Virus record (IMG/VR): IMGVR_UViG_3300007734_000752
DNA: 64,000 nt
Strand: one strand, 5' to 3'
Source: an uncultured virus (IMG/VR IMGVR_UViG_3300007734_000752)
Lineage: Duplodnaviria > Heunggongvirae > Uroviricota > Caudoviricetes
Of this stretch, positions 48,172-57,643 are shown in pieces. The notes under the pieces are model-generated. The model did not search any database, was not told the origin of the DNA, and saw only the letters and a program-made list of their open reading frames with translations. Both the position numbers and the translations under genes were made by a program. Positions within the stretch are counted from its first letter, which is position 1; each line of letters begins with the position of its first letter.

Positions 48172-49155
48172 ATGGCACTTCCTCTAGGCCCAGCTTCAAA
48201 CTATCCCGGTGGTTTTAACAACGTAACCATCCGTAATGTTCCAATCACTCAGTCCCATCCTGGACAAGTGTATTGGGTATCTAACACTACTACTGTTTTG
48301 CCAGGACAAGTTGGCGGTTCTGATGGCAATCCTGGTACTTTTAATGCTCCGTTTAGCACTCTTTGCTATGCTATTACTCGCTGTACTGCTAATCGTGGTG
48401 ACATTATTTTTATAAAACCAGGTCACGCTGAAACTATTTCTACTGCCACTGCTCTAGCTTTTGATATTGCTGGTGTAGCAATTGTTGGTCTAGGTGCTGG
48501 TACTAAGCGTCCTACCTTTACTTTGGGTACGGCAGCAACAACCACTATTGCTGTGTCTGCTGATAACGTATCAATTTCTAATTGCCGTTTTATTGGTAAT
48601 TTCTTGAGCATTACTTCATGCTTTACCGTTGCTGCTGCTGCATATTTCACCATAGACAACTGTGCGTTTACTGATACAAGTGCCATTCTTGGTTTCTTGT
48701 CAGCAGTTAAAACTACTGTGTCTACCAATTCTGACTTCTTACAAGTATCTAATTGCTTTATTAAGTCTGATGCTACAACCAAGTCTGTTGCTCCTATTGT
48801 TGTGCTCAATACAATGACTGGTCTAACACTGGCTGATAACGTTGTGGTTCAAACTGTTGCTCAGAACAACGTTTCTCAGTTCTTGAGTCACGCTGCTCTT
48901 GTGATGACTGCTGCTCTTATTTCAGGTAACAAGATATACAGTGTTAATACAGACAGTGCTACTGGTGCTTTCTTGGTTACTACTTCTGCTGCTACTGGCT
49001 CAGGTATTATTCAAAACAACGTAGTTCGTGGTCTAGATGTTGCTGCTGCTCTAATGATTACTGCTGCCGCTGTTCAATATGGATTGTTTAATAATCTCTA
49101 TATTGGGGACGTAGGTTTCTCTGGGTTTGTACTTCCTGCTATTGGTACTGATTAA
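48172..49155 (+). CDS. Virion protein with a beta-helix-like domain
   Basis: AGGAG RBS; GSDGNPGT..PF.T; GDIIFIKPGH. Confidence 0.65.
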   Translation: MALPLGPASNYPGGFNNVTIRNVPITQSHPGQVYWVSNTTTVLPGQVGGSDGNPGTFNAPFSTLCYAITRCTANRGDIIFIKPGHAETISTATALAFDIAGVAIVGLGAGTKRPTFTLGTAATTTIAVSADNVSISNCRFIGNFLSITSCFTVAAAAYFTIDNCAFTDTSAILGFLSAVKTTVSTNSDFLQVSNCFIKSDATTKSVAPIVVLNTMTGLTLADNVVVQTVAQNNVSQFLSHAALVMTAALISGNKIYSVNTDSATGAFLVTTSAATGSGIIQNNVVRGLDVAAALMITAAAVQYGLFNNLYIGDVGFSGFVLPAIGTD

Positions 49156-49170
49156 CGTTTAAGTAAAACA

Positions 49171-49881
49171 ATGGACTGGATGGACGAAGCGGCAACAAAG
49201 ATGCAGCGGTGGTTTCAACCAACACCGCTGCGTCCAAATTGGGGAGTTGCAGCAGGAGGCCCAGACATAGAAGACCATGTTGCGCTTCCTTTTCACCCCT
49301 CAGATTTATCTTTACGACAAGCTCCAGAGTCATCACTTACTGCAAAACACGTAACTGATATTGCGCGTGCTCGTCGTCTAGCAGAAAGCCACGGAGTACT
49401 TACTCCTGAATTAGGAGAGTACTTTCTTCCAATGGCTATGGCGGAAGGGTGGGGATCAACTATGGGCGTTAAAACTGACAATGCGTTTTATGCTTCGCCT
49501 CGATTTAAAACGATGGTTAATCAAATGGAACTCAAAGAAGGTAAAGACTATTCTTTGAAGAAAATAAAAGGGGAGCCGCACATAGCTCCTCACGTGACTG
49601 AAGAAAATGGGCCTCGGTGGGCTGCAACAATTTTAGGAGAAAAGTCCCGCCTAAAAGGAGTTATGACTGCTGAAGATGCAGTTAAACGCTATAATGGGCA
49701 AGGCACTGCAACGGAATATGTGGGTTACGACGATACTCCTGTGCCAGCAGACGTAAATGTTTATTTGAAAAAAGTACAGAAAGCGAAGGAGTTGTTGGAA
49801 CACCCAAAAAATTCTGTACTCTCTAATCATTTTAATAGTCAATATGGAAGTTTACGTTCTCGTCTTGCGCCGGGTAAATAA
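49171..49881 (+). CDS. Hypothetical protein, possibly lysozyme/transglycosylase fold
   Basis: AMAE...AVKRYNGQG...YLKKV pattern. Confidence 0.4.
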   Translation: MDWMDEAATKMQRWFQPTPLRPNWGVAAGGPDIEDHVALPFHPSDLSLRQAPESSLTAKHVTDIARARRLAESHGVLTPELGEYFLPMAMAEGWGSTMGVKTDNAFYASPRFKTMVNQMELKEGKDYSLKKIKGEPHIAPHVTEENGPRWAATILGEKSRLKGVMTAEDAVKRYNGQGTATEYVGYDDTPVPADVNVYLKKVQKAKELLEHPKNSVLSNHFNSQYGSLRSRLAPGK

Positions 49882-49931
49882 AACATTATGTGTTTTAACC
49901 GTAAGCGCGGCTTTTATTAAAGGAAGTAATT

Positions 49932-50324
49932 ATGGCTAACGTAATTAGTACTCAGATATTAGAAGACGGGGAAAGAAATGCAGTAGTAAAAATTACAGGA
50001 GTGCTAGACACATCTAATGCGTCAGCTACCACCATAGTTGATCCTGCTAGTTACTCTCCTGTTCCTACTCAGTTTCGTATAGACCAGATCGACTATTCTA
50101 TGTCTGGTTCTTTACAAATTCGTCTTTTTTGGGACGCAACCGCAGACGTAGATATTCTTCCTATTTCTGGTCGTGGCACTATGAATTTTAAAAATTTTGG
50201 TGGCCTATCAAACAATGCTGGAGCTGGCAAAACAGGCAAGATTCAACTATCAACTAACGGTTGGACTGCTGGTACTGAAGTCTTTTCAGTAGTGCTTAGA
50301 TTAGTTAAACAAGATCCCCAGTAA
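49932..50324 (+). CDS. Hypothetical virion protein
   Basis: AGGA RBS, position. Confidence 0.6.
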   Translation: MANVISTQILEDGERNAVVKITGVLDTSNASATTIVDPASYSPVPTQFRIDQIDYSMSGSLQIRLFWDATADVDILPISGRGTMNFKNFGGLSNNAGAGKTGKIQLSTNGWTAGTEVFSVVLRLVKQDPQ

Positions 50325-50336
50325 AGCTAATTAATC

Positions 50337-50744
50337 GTGTCCCTAGGAAACGTATATAGCAGTGGAGATTGGGATGCTATTTGCGATGTTTGCGGAAGAA
50401 AGTATAAGAATACTGACTTACGCAAGCGTTGGGATGGTCTTATGGTTTGTTCCCAGGACTATGAGGAACGCCAACCACAAGACTTTGTAAGAGCCAGAGC
50501 TGACCAGATAGCTGTGCCTTGGTCTAGGCCAGAAGCAGAAGATCAATTTATAGCTGTCTGCACTGTAGAAGGAGGCACGGCTATAGCCGGGTTAGCTATG
50601 GGGAGCTGTGCTATTTGTGGCACTTCTAAAGATTTCCCAGATGGTTATGCTTTTTGTACATACGATACCCACCTAGGACAAGCAGACTACGGAGAAGCTG
50701 ACTGTGCTTACTCAGATAACTTTAACGGGGCATACGTATCATGA
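50337..50744 (+). CDS. Cys-rich hypothetical protein
   Basis: ICDVCG...KRWDGLMVC...PQDF. Confidence 0.6.
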   Translation: MSLGNVYSSGDWDAICDVCGRKYKNTDLRKRWDGLMVCSQDYEERQPQDFVRARADQIAVPWSRPEAEDQFIAVCTVEGGTAIAGLAMGSCAICGTSKDFPDGYAFCTYDTHLGQADYGEADCAYSDNFNGAYVS

Positions 50745-51493
50745 GTGAAAGCAAAACATTTATTAGCGGTACGTTAATTAACTCTGGGTGGCTTAACGCA
50801 GTTGATGCAACTACGTATGAAGCTCTTGGAGATGGAAGCCTTAATCCTCCGACTACTGGAGCACAAATTGTAACTAATTTAAGTTTAGCTACACAGACTA
50901 CAGCACAAACACTAACTAATAAAACACTAACTAGCCCAGTTCTTGTAGCTCCAGCATTGGGTACTGTTGCCAGCGGCGTTATTAGCGCCTGCACCAGCAC
51001 CAGTATGGTAATGGCTACGCCGTTGTTAGGCACGCCAACTAGCGGCAATTTGTCGAATTGCACCAGCACCTCGATGGTGTTGACAACACCGGTAATTGAT
51101 GTGGCAACCGGTACCAGTCTTAGCACTACAGGCAACCAAGTCATCAGCAGCACTGGCAAGCAAGGCTACGCTACTGGTGCGGGTGGGACGGTTACCCAAG
51201 CTACGAGCAAAGCAACTGGCGTGACGTTGAGCAAATCAACCGGCCAGATTACGCTGAATGCTGCGGCTCTTGCCTCTGATACCACGGTCAGTTTTACCTT
51301 GACCAATACCGTTATCGAAGCTAGCGACATCCTGATAATGAACCACATCAGCGCAGGCACTGCGGGTTCGTACCTGCTTAATGCACAGTCTGCTGCGGGT
51401 ACAGCCAGCATTAACGTGCGAAACATCACTGCCGGTTCGTTATCTGAGGCCATTGTGATTGCTTTTGCAGTCATCAAAGCAGTCATAGCTTAA
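50741..51493 (+). CDS. Virion fibre-like protein; C-terminal domain shared with 18036..18650
   Basis: SGWLN N-terminus, TLTNKTLTSP repeat, shared C-terminus. Confidence 0.7.
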   Translation: MSESKTFISGTLINSGWLNAVDATTYEALGDGSLNPPTTGAQIVTNLSLATQTTAQTLTNKTLTSPVLVAPALGTVASGVISACTSTSMVMATPLLGTPTSGNLSNCTSTSMVLTTPVIDVATGTSLSTTGNQVISSTGKQGYATGAGGTVTQATSKATGVTLSKSTGQITLNAAALASDTTVSFTLTNTVIEASDILIMNHISAGTAGSYLLNAQSAAGTASINVRNITAGSLSEAIVIAFAVIKAVIA

Positions 51494-51539
51494 AGTTAAT
51501 GGTTTTACTGTGGTAATTATTTGCTAGGAAATAAATAAA

Positions 51540-51728
51540 ATGATTCTACAACTTCTCAAATCAAAGACTGTCTGGTATGCAATCATTATTGCCGTACTGT
51601 CTATTGTTCAAGGCTACGTTGGTTTGTTACCAGTAACACCAGTAGCTCAGATGATAGTAGGTATTGCTATATCGGTAGGCATTGTATTGTTACGCCTTAT
51701 TACAACTACTTCTATAGCAAACAAATAA
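51540..51728 (+). CDS. Small two-TM membrane protein (holin-like)
   Basis: Two hydrophobic helices, KSKTVW, LRLITT. Confidence 0.6.
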   Translation: MILQLLKSKTVWYAIIIAVLSIVQGYVGLLPVTPVAQMIVGIAISVGIVLLRLITTTSIANK

Positions 51729-51961
51729 TGGAAAACCAGCATCTCATAAACACGCTTATTGGTGGCGGCTTTGCAATCCTTGGCTGGTTTGCGCGTGAAC
51801 TGTGGGGTGCGGTTAAAGAACTGCGAGCCGACCTTGCAACGCTGCGTGAAGATTTACCAAAAGAGTACGTTGCAAAAGACGATTACCGCGAAGACATCAG
51901 AGAAATCAAAGCAATGCTTGCAAAGATATTTGAGAAACTTGAAAACAAGGCTGACAAATGA
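51728..51961 (+). CDS. Single-TM coiled-coil protein of the lysis region
   Basis: N-terminal TM followed by a coiled coil. Confidence 0.6.
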   Translation: MENQHLINTLIGGGFAILGWFARELWGAVKELRADLATLREDLPKEYVAKDDYREDIREIKAMLAKIFEKLENKADK

Positions 51962-52500
51962 AAAAAATACTTCTGCTGGTTTTGCTCTCTAGCAATGCCC
52001 TTGCGGGCGACCTAAACGTTATGATGTGTAACGGAGAGTTTGCGCTGTGCGCTGCGTCTGCCAGTGTACCGACTGGAAAAACAATCCGTGTAGATGGTAA
52101 GGAATTTCAAGAAGGTATGGCAGTTTGCCCAGTGTTAAAGGGCAAAGCTATTGCCAACTTTAATCTGATGAAGGGTAGTTGCCAAGCACCACCGGGTAAA
52201 GTCTGGTCACTTTTCTCGACGGTTACTGAGTATCCACAAGCTCCGTCTTGGGCAGTAGTCACAATGACTCCAAGAACGTTTGTCACCAACACTGAACCCG
52301 GTGGCGGCATGAGTAACCAGTGGAGCTTTTTGTGCGACAAGCAAGCTAAGAAAGTTAATGGCGTACAGCTTGCCAACTGCTACGGGCCTATCAATGAAAG
52401 TCCGTGGACAAATGGGCACGTAACTCCAGGCACTGCATCATTCACCGCTGCACCAGTAGGGGCTGCAAATCCTGTTGGCGCTAATATTCCAAGCAAATGA
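51958..52500 (+). CDS. Secreted Cys-rich hypothetical protein
   Basis: Signal peptide MKKILLLVLLSSNALA; six Cys. Confidence 0.6.
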   Translation: MKKILLLVLLSSNALAGDLNVMMCNGEFALCAASASVPTGKTIRVDGKEFQEGMAVCPVLKGKAIANFNLMKGSCQAPPGKVWSLFSTVTEYPQAPSWAVVTMTPRTFVTNTEPGGGMSNQWSFLCDKQAKKVNGVQLANCYGPINESPWTNGHVTPGTASFTAAPVGAANPVGANIPSK

Positions 52501-52931
52501 ACCCGCTGCTCATTTCAGGGCTGTTCTCTGCTGCTCAGTCGCTAATTTCTAGGTTTTTTCCAGACCCTGAGAAACAAGCAGAGGCCCAACGTTCGCTTCT
52601 CCAAATGCAGCAAAATGGGGAACTAGCGTTGCTTGCGTCTGAGACTGACCTTGCGAAGTTGCAGATACAAGTAAACGTTGAAGAAGCTAAAAGCACGAAC
52701 TGGTTTGTTGCAGGGTGGCGACCCGGTATCGGTTGGGTGTGTGGAGCAGGGCTGGCGTATGCCTCTTTGATTGAACCGTTTGCAAGGTTCATCGCAAAGG
52801 TTTGGTTTGGGTATACCGGCGAGTTCCCTGTCATCAGCACCGATTTAACTTTGCAGATTTTGATGGGCATGTTGGGTCTAGGGGCGATGCGGTCAGTTGA
52901 GAAAATTAAAAGTGCTGAGGATAAACGATGA
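52497..52931 (+). CDS. Holin (3TM, gene-transfer-release family-like)
   Basis: FVAGWRPGIGWVC...GMLGLGAMRSVEK. Confidence 0.85.
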   Translation: MNPLLISGLFSAAQSLISRFFPDPEKQAEAQRSLLQMQQNGELALLASETDLAKLQIQVNVEEAKSTNWFVAGWRPGIGWVCGAGLAYASLIEPFARFIAKVWFGYTGEFPVISTDLTLQILMGMLGLGAMRSVEKIKSAEDKR

Positions 52932-53146
52932 GCGACCCGTGGAAACACCGTAGTCAGGGAATGAAATGCGGAACTTGTATGTGGTTTGTACCAAAAATAA
53001 CAATTCTTCCTGGTACTATAGACACACCAAACCCTGTGTATAACATTGGTCGTTGTCGTCGTCATGCGCCTTCGATAAGCGGTTATCCTGTGGTATTTGT
53101 TAATGATTGGTGCGGCGACCATCGGCTTGATGAGAACAAGATTTAA
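52928..53146 (+). CDS. Small Cys-rich hypothetical protein
   Basis: CGTC...GRCRRHAP...DWCG. Confidence 0.6.
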   Translation: MSDPWKHRSQGMKCGTCMWFVPKITILPGTIDTPNPVYNIGRCRRHAPSISGYPVVFVNDWCGDHRLDENKI

Positions 53147-53147
53147 T

Positions 53148-53660
53148 ATGAAAAATAACTTTGAAAAATCTCTAGCTCTAGTGTTGCAACACGAAGGTGG
53201 ATACGTTCACCACGCTTTAGACCTCGGTGGCAGGACGAATCTTGGCGTTACTCAGCGAGTGTGGGAGGATTATGTCGGTCATCCAGTTGACGAGCAGGCA
53301 ATGCGAAAGCTCACGAAAGAAGTGGTGGCTCCGCTCTACCGCAAGCAATATTGGGATGTTTGCCATTGCGACGACCTGCCTGCTGGGGTTGATTATCTTG
53401 CCTTTGATTTTGCTGTCAATGCTGGTTCTTTTCGTTGCATCAAAACTATTCAACGCGCCCTAAATATAACGGCTGATGGTGTCATCGGCCCCGTAACCGT
53501 GAAGGCTATTCAAGATACAAATGCAGAAGATTTTATTAACAGTTTCTCAGCAGCTAAAGAAAGGTTTTATCGCAGTCTGGCGAATTTTCAGACTTTTGGC
53601 AGAGGTTGGTTCAATCGCGCTGCGGAAAGCAAGAAAGCTGCCGAGGAAATGATTGTTTAA
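53148..53660 (+). CDS. Endolysin, glycoside hydrolase family 108
   Basis: HEGGY...GGRTNLGVT, FDFAVN, ADGVIGP, FGRGWFNR. Confidence 0.9.
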   Translation: MKNNFEKSLALVLQHEGGYVHHALDLGGRTNLGVTQRVWEDYVGHPVDEQAMRKLTKEVVAPLYRKQYWDVCHCDDLPAGVDYLAFDFAVNAGSFRCIKTIQRALNITADGVIGPVTVKAIQDTNAEDFINSFSAAKERFYRSLANFQTFGRGWFNRAAESKKAAEEMIV

Positions 53661-53687
53661 CCCCATTTATCATAGGCGACAAACGTA

Positions 53688-54428
53688 ATGCCTACTTCTA
53701 CATATTCAATTACTAGAGATCAAATCATTCTTTCAGCTTTACGTAAGATAGGAGTAGTTGAGCCTGGAGATACGTCAGCCACCATAGATGCTGCTATAGT
53801 TACAAACTGTGCTCAGGCGCTTAACCTTATGGTTAAGCAATGGATGACAGAAGGCATTAAACTTTGGACAGTTACTGAATACACACTCCCTCTAGTAGCT
53901 AGTCAGACTGAATACACTATTGGCCCTAGTGGGCCTGGTTTGGTTGCTGATAGGCCGTTACGTCTTATCCAAGGTGTTATTAGGAACATTGCCGTAACCC
54001 CATACATAGACACACCCCTACAGATTCTAAGCAAACAAGAGTACATGACTCTTGGCTCTAAGTTTTCTACTGGTATAGCCAATTCTGTATATTTAAACCC
54101 AGGAACTACATCTGCTTCGGTCAAGTTTTTCCTGACTCCAGATACCTCTACAGCAACTAACTACCAAGCTATTCTGACCTGCCAAAGACCTATCTACGAC
54201 ATCTCTTCAGCTTCATCTGTTCCAGATTTTCCTAATGAGTGGATGCAAGCTCTTGTTTGGGGGTTAGCTGACCAGCTTTCGCTTGAGTTTGGACTGCCTA
54301 TTAACCACAGGCAAGAAGTAATGCTGCGAGCTGAGAAATACAAAGACCAACTAACAAGCTGGGACATTGAGAATGAGAGCACTTTCTTTCAACCTGATGC
54401 TCGTAACTTTACTTCTTTTGGTAGATAA
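53688..54428 (+). CDS. Head-tail adaptor protein
   Basis: IILSALRKIG...ALNLMVKQW; pattern similar to 17321..18034. Confidence 0.75.
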   Translation: MPTSTYSITRDQIILSALRKIGVVEPGDTSATIDAAIVTNCAQALNLMVKQWMTEGIKLWTVTEYTLPLVASQTEYTIGPSGPGLVADRPLRLIQGVIRNIAVTPYIDTPLQILSKQEYMTLGSKFSTGIANSVYLNPGTTSASVKFFLTPDTSTATNYQAILTCQRPIYDISSASSVPDFPNEWMQALVWGLADQLSLEFGLPINHRQEVMLRAEKYKDQLTSWDIENESTFFQPDARNFTSFGR

Positions 54429-54433
54429 CTATT

Positions 54434-56110
54434 ATGTCAATGGTTCGTATACCTTTAACTCAACCTATACGCTCTAGAACAGCTTCTACAGCCAAAGACT
54501 CTAGAAGTGTTAACTGCTACTTTGAAGGGTCTGTTCAAGGCCAACGAGAAAACATTAAACGTCCAGGGCTGCTGAACACCACAATAACGCCTGCTATGGC
54601 TGCTGGACAGGCACAAGGCATATATAAATGCGTTAATGGGTATCTGTGGATTGTCATTAATAACGCCATCTATCGCATAGATTCTAATTTTGCATCTGTA
54701 GCCAGCGGAACTGTAACAGGAACAGTGCAAAATGTTTATTTTGCTGAATCTTCTAACGATGATTTTTTGTTTTTTCACAACGGAACTAACGGGTATGTAT
54801 CTTCAGCCGAAGGTGCTTTTGCAGTAATAGCTGCGGGAAGAATATATGAAGTAAGTATTCTTACTGGTGGTGCTGGGTACGTTACTCCTACTTGCACTTT
54901 TAGTGCTCCGCCTAGCGGCACTACTGCTACTGGAACAGTAGACTCAACCGGAGGGGTAGTTACGGGAGTAACCATAACTAATTATGGATCTGGGTATGTT
55001 TCAGCTCCTACCTGCACTATTAACCCTGTAGGTGGTGGTTCTGGTGCTACTGCACTAGTGTCTCTTAATGGTTTTCCTTCTGGTGCTGGAGCTTTAGCTA
55101 GTGGCTCAGTGTTCTTAGATGGGTACACTGTAGTTGCTACTAAGTTAGGTCAAATATACAACTCTGATCCTAATGATCCTTTTCTTTGGAATCCTTTAAA
55201 CACAGTTGCTGTTGAGTCTGATCCAGATCCTGTAGTAGCTATTGTTAAGCACTTAAACTTTATAATTGCTTATGGTTCGTGGAGTACCGAGTTCTTCTAT
55301 AACGCAGCTAATGCTGAAGGTAGCCCTTTCCTAAGACAAGACTCATACAAAAACGAGATTGGGTGTGCTGATGGAAATAGTGTGGTGCAATACCAACAAA
55401 GTGTTATTTATGTTGGCAAATCAAAAACCTATGGAAAGTCTGTATATAAACTAGATGGGTTTACTCCTGAAAAGATTTCAGACCAATACATAGAGAAGTA
55501 TCTTAACGCTGACACTGATACTGAGATTCAAGCATTTGCTTTTAGGATAGCTGGTCACACATTTTATGTGATGACTTTGCCTAATCTAGATAAAACTTTT
55601 GTTTATGATACAGACCAAAAAATCTGGTATGAGTGGACTTCATACTATAGTGGAGCTGAACATGCGTATAAAGTGTGGACAGCAACTGAATTCTTTGTGG
55701 GAACCTATGGAGTAGATTCAACTAGTGGCGCTCTATATAAAGTAGACACTAATACCTACTCAGATAATTCACAGCCCATTTATTGGCGAGTTGTTACTAA
55801 TAACTTAGATGCTGGAACTAGACACAGAAAGTTTTTTGAATCTGGAGAAGTAATTGGCGATAAGGTAAGTGGGACAATGAGTGTTAACTTTTCTGCTAAT
55901 GACTACAACAACTTCTCTGCGGTTAGATCAATAGCTTTGAATGACCCCAGAAGTATTATTTGGCAGTTAGGTCAGTCTAGGTATAGGGCGTATCAGTTTT
56001 TAGTTACAGCAGACATACCACTACGTTTATCTGACTTTGAAATGTCTGTACAAGCTGGCGAACAAGCCTCTGATCCTCAACTAGAAGCTGTAGCTGCTCA
56101 ACAAAGTTAA
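54434..56110 (+). CDS. Tail hub / DNA stabilisation protein (gp10-like) with an inserted GSGY-type domain
   Basis: KRPGL, FLDGY, HTFYV; internal GGAGY...GSGY module. Confidence 0.75.
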   Translation: MSMVRIPLTQPIRSRTASTAKDSRSVNCYFEGSVQGQRENIKRPGLLNTTITPAMAAGQAQGIYKCVNGYLWIVINNAIYRIDSNFASVASGTVTGTVQNVYFAESSNDDFLFFHNGTNGYVSSAEGAFAVIAAGRIYEVSILTGGAGYVTPTCTFSAPPSGTTATGTVDSTGGVVTGVTITNYGSGYVSAPTCTINPVGGGSGATALVSLNGFPSGAGALASGSVFLDGYTVVATKLGQIYNSDPNDPFLWNPLNTVAVESDPDPVVAIVKHLNFIIAYGSWSTEFFYNAANAEGSPFLRQDSYKNEIGCADGNSVVQYQQSVIYVGKSKTYGKSVYKLDGFTPEKISDQYIEKYLNADTDTEIQAFAFRIAGHTFYVMTLPNLDKTFVYDTDQKIWYEWTSYYSGAEHAYKVWTATEFFVGTYGVDSTSGALYKVDTNTYSDNSQPIYWRVVTNNLDAGTRHRKFFESGEVIGDKVSGTMSVNFSANDYNNFSAVRSIALNDPRSIIWQLGQSRYRAYQFLVTADIPLRLSDFEMSVQAGEQASDPQLEAVAAQQS

Positions 56111-56112
56111 CT

Positions 56113-56571
56113 ATGACTATTACTTATGCTAAAGAAACTTATGCAGATATTATTGAAGACATAAAACCTTTGTTAGAAACCCATTGGCAAGAAGTAGCCA
56201 ACTATAAAGACAAAGTGCCTTTAAAGCCCGACTTCAGTAAATATCAACTATTAGAAAAAAATAAAGCTTTAGTTATAGTGGCTTGTAGAGATAAAGAAAA
56301 ACTTATTGGATATTCAATATTTTTTCTTAGTAGGCATCTGCACTACACTACTTGTCTAGTAGCCAGTAACGACGTATTGTTTCTTACTAAAGCATTTCGT
56401 AAGGGCAGAGCTGGTATTAAACTTATTCAAGAATCAGAACGACTCTTAAAAAATATGGGTGTTAATAGAGTCATTTGGCACATTAAGCCAAAAAATAATT
56501 TTAGTCCTATTTTGATTCGTATGGGGTACATACAAGAAGAAATCATTATGGGAAAATTTTTAGGAGATTGA
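56113..56571 (+). CDS. GNAT-fold acetyltransferase-like protein
   Basis: VLFLTKAFRKGRAGIKL. Confidence 0.7.
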   Translation: MTITYAKETYADIIEDIKPLLETHWQEVANYKDKVPLKPDFSKYQLLEKNKALVIVACRDKEKLIGYSIFFLSRHLHYTTCLVASNDVLFLTKAFRKGRAGIKLIQESERLLKNMGVNRVIWHIKPKNNFSPILIRMGYIQEEIIMGKFLGD

Positions 56572-56572
56572 C

Positions 56573-57613
56573 ATGGCGATTTCAGCCGCTGCTACTGTTT
56601 TTGAAGTTATAGGCGAAACATTTATTGCTGAAGCATTTATTGCTGATGCTGCTACTGGCCTAGTTATGGATGCAGCTACTGGGGCACTTGTAGAAGGCCT
56701 TGCTGTTGATGCAGCTACTGGAGCAATAGTAGATGCTGCTACAGGAGCAGTAATAGATGCTACTACTGGAGCAGTTGCAGAGGCCGCAGTAACCGCAGGC
56801 GTAGAAAGTGCGCTGCCTGCCGACATTAACGACTTTACATCTAAGTGGTATGAAAGTGCTTTTCCTAAGAGTTCTAATTTGGTTGCTGATCCGGCTTCTG
56901 AATGGACGTTTGATAAATTTACAAAGGGAATAACAGACAATCCCATTAGATCTGCCTTATCTGCTGGGCAGATATTGAGTGGAATCTCTACTGCTAATAA
57001 GGCTATGTCTCCAGAGCAAGCTAGAGCTATGGCTGATCCCTTTTCATCTTCTAGACAACAGTATGTAAACCAACTTAATGCTGTAATGGCTAATCCTTCT
57101 TTAGCTATGTCCCAACCTGGGTATCAGTTCCAACGGCAACAAGGCGAACAAGCAATAGACAGAAAGTTAGCAGCTAGGGGTATGGGATCATATACCCCCG
57201 ATGGTAGAGGCTCTGCTTCTGGTGGTGCTGATATTGCCCGCATGAAGTATGGACAAGAGTATGCCTTAGGCTCATACAATGACTATGTTAAGCAGTTGTC
57301 TGGGCTAGCTGGGGCTACTCAAGCTCCTGGTGTAGGTGGTCAAGCAGCTCTAAGTGCTCAAGCTGCTGCTGCTAAGGCCGCAACAGAGGGATGGAGCGCT
57401 ATTAATCAGGGCATAGGCACTATGGACAAAATTATGAAAGTCGCCCCAACTGCCCCAAATAATTCTGGTTGGAGTACTCCAGCTACTCCTGGATTTCAAG
57501 GAGCATTTCCTGGTGGTGTGCCTTGGTCAGATATGCCTGCTTATAGTGGCAGTGTTCCTAATAACACCATTAGTGACAGTGGAGGTTGGTCTTTACAAGA
57601 ATTTGGTTTCTGA
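56573..57613 (+). CDS. Internal virion / DNA transfer protein
   Basis: Ala/Gly-rich; PGYQF..QQG motif; DAATG repeats. Confidence 0.7.
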   Translation: MAISAAATVFEVIGETFIAEAFIADAATGLVMDAATGALVEGLAVDAATGAIVDAATGAVIDATTGAVAEAAVTAGVESALPADINDFTSKWYESAFPKSSNLVADPASEWTFDKFTKGITDNPIRSALSAGQILSGISTANKAMSPEQARAMADPFSSSRQQYVNQLNAVMANPSLAMSQPGYQFQRQQGEQAIDRKLAARGMGSYTPDGRGSASGGADIARMKYGQEYALGSYNDYVKQLSGLAGATQAPGVGGQAALSAQAAAAKAATEGWSAINQGIGTMDKIMKVAPTAPNNSGWSTPATPGFQGAFPGGVPWSDMPAYSGSVPNNTISDSGGWSLQEFGF

Positions 57614-57643
57614 GGCGCAACCTAATTTAAAGGAATTACTACT

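Noticed and set aside
18195..51493. Diversity-generating retroelement template and variable repeat pair
   Set aside because: Differences are mostly synonymous and not adenine-specific, and no reverse transcriptase is present.
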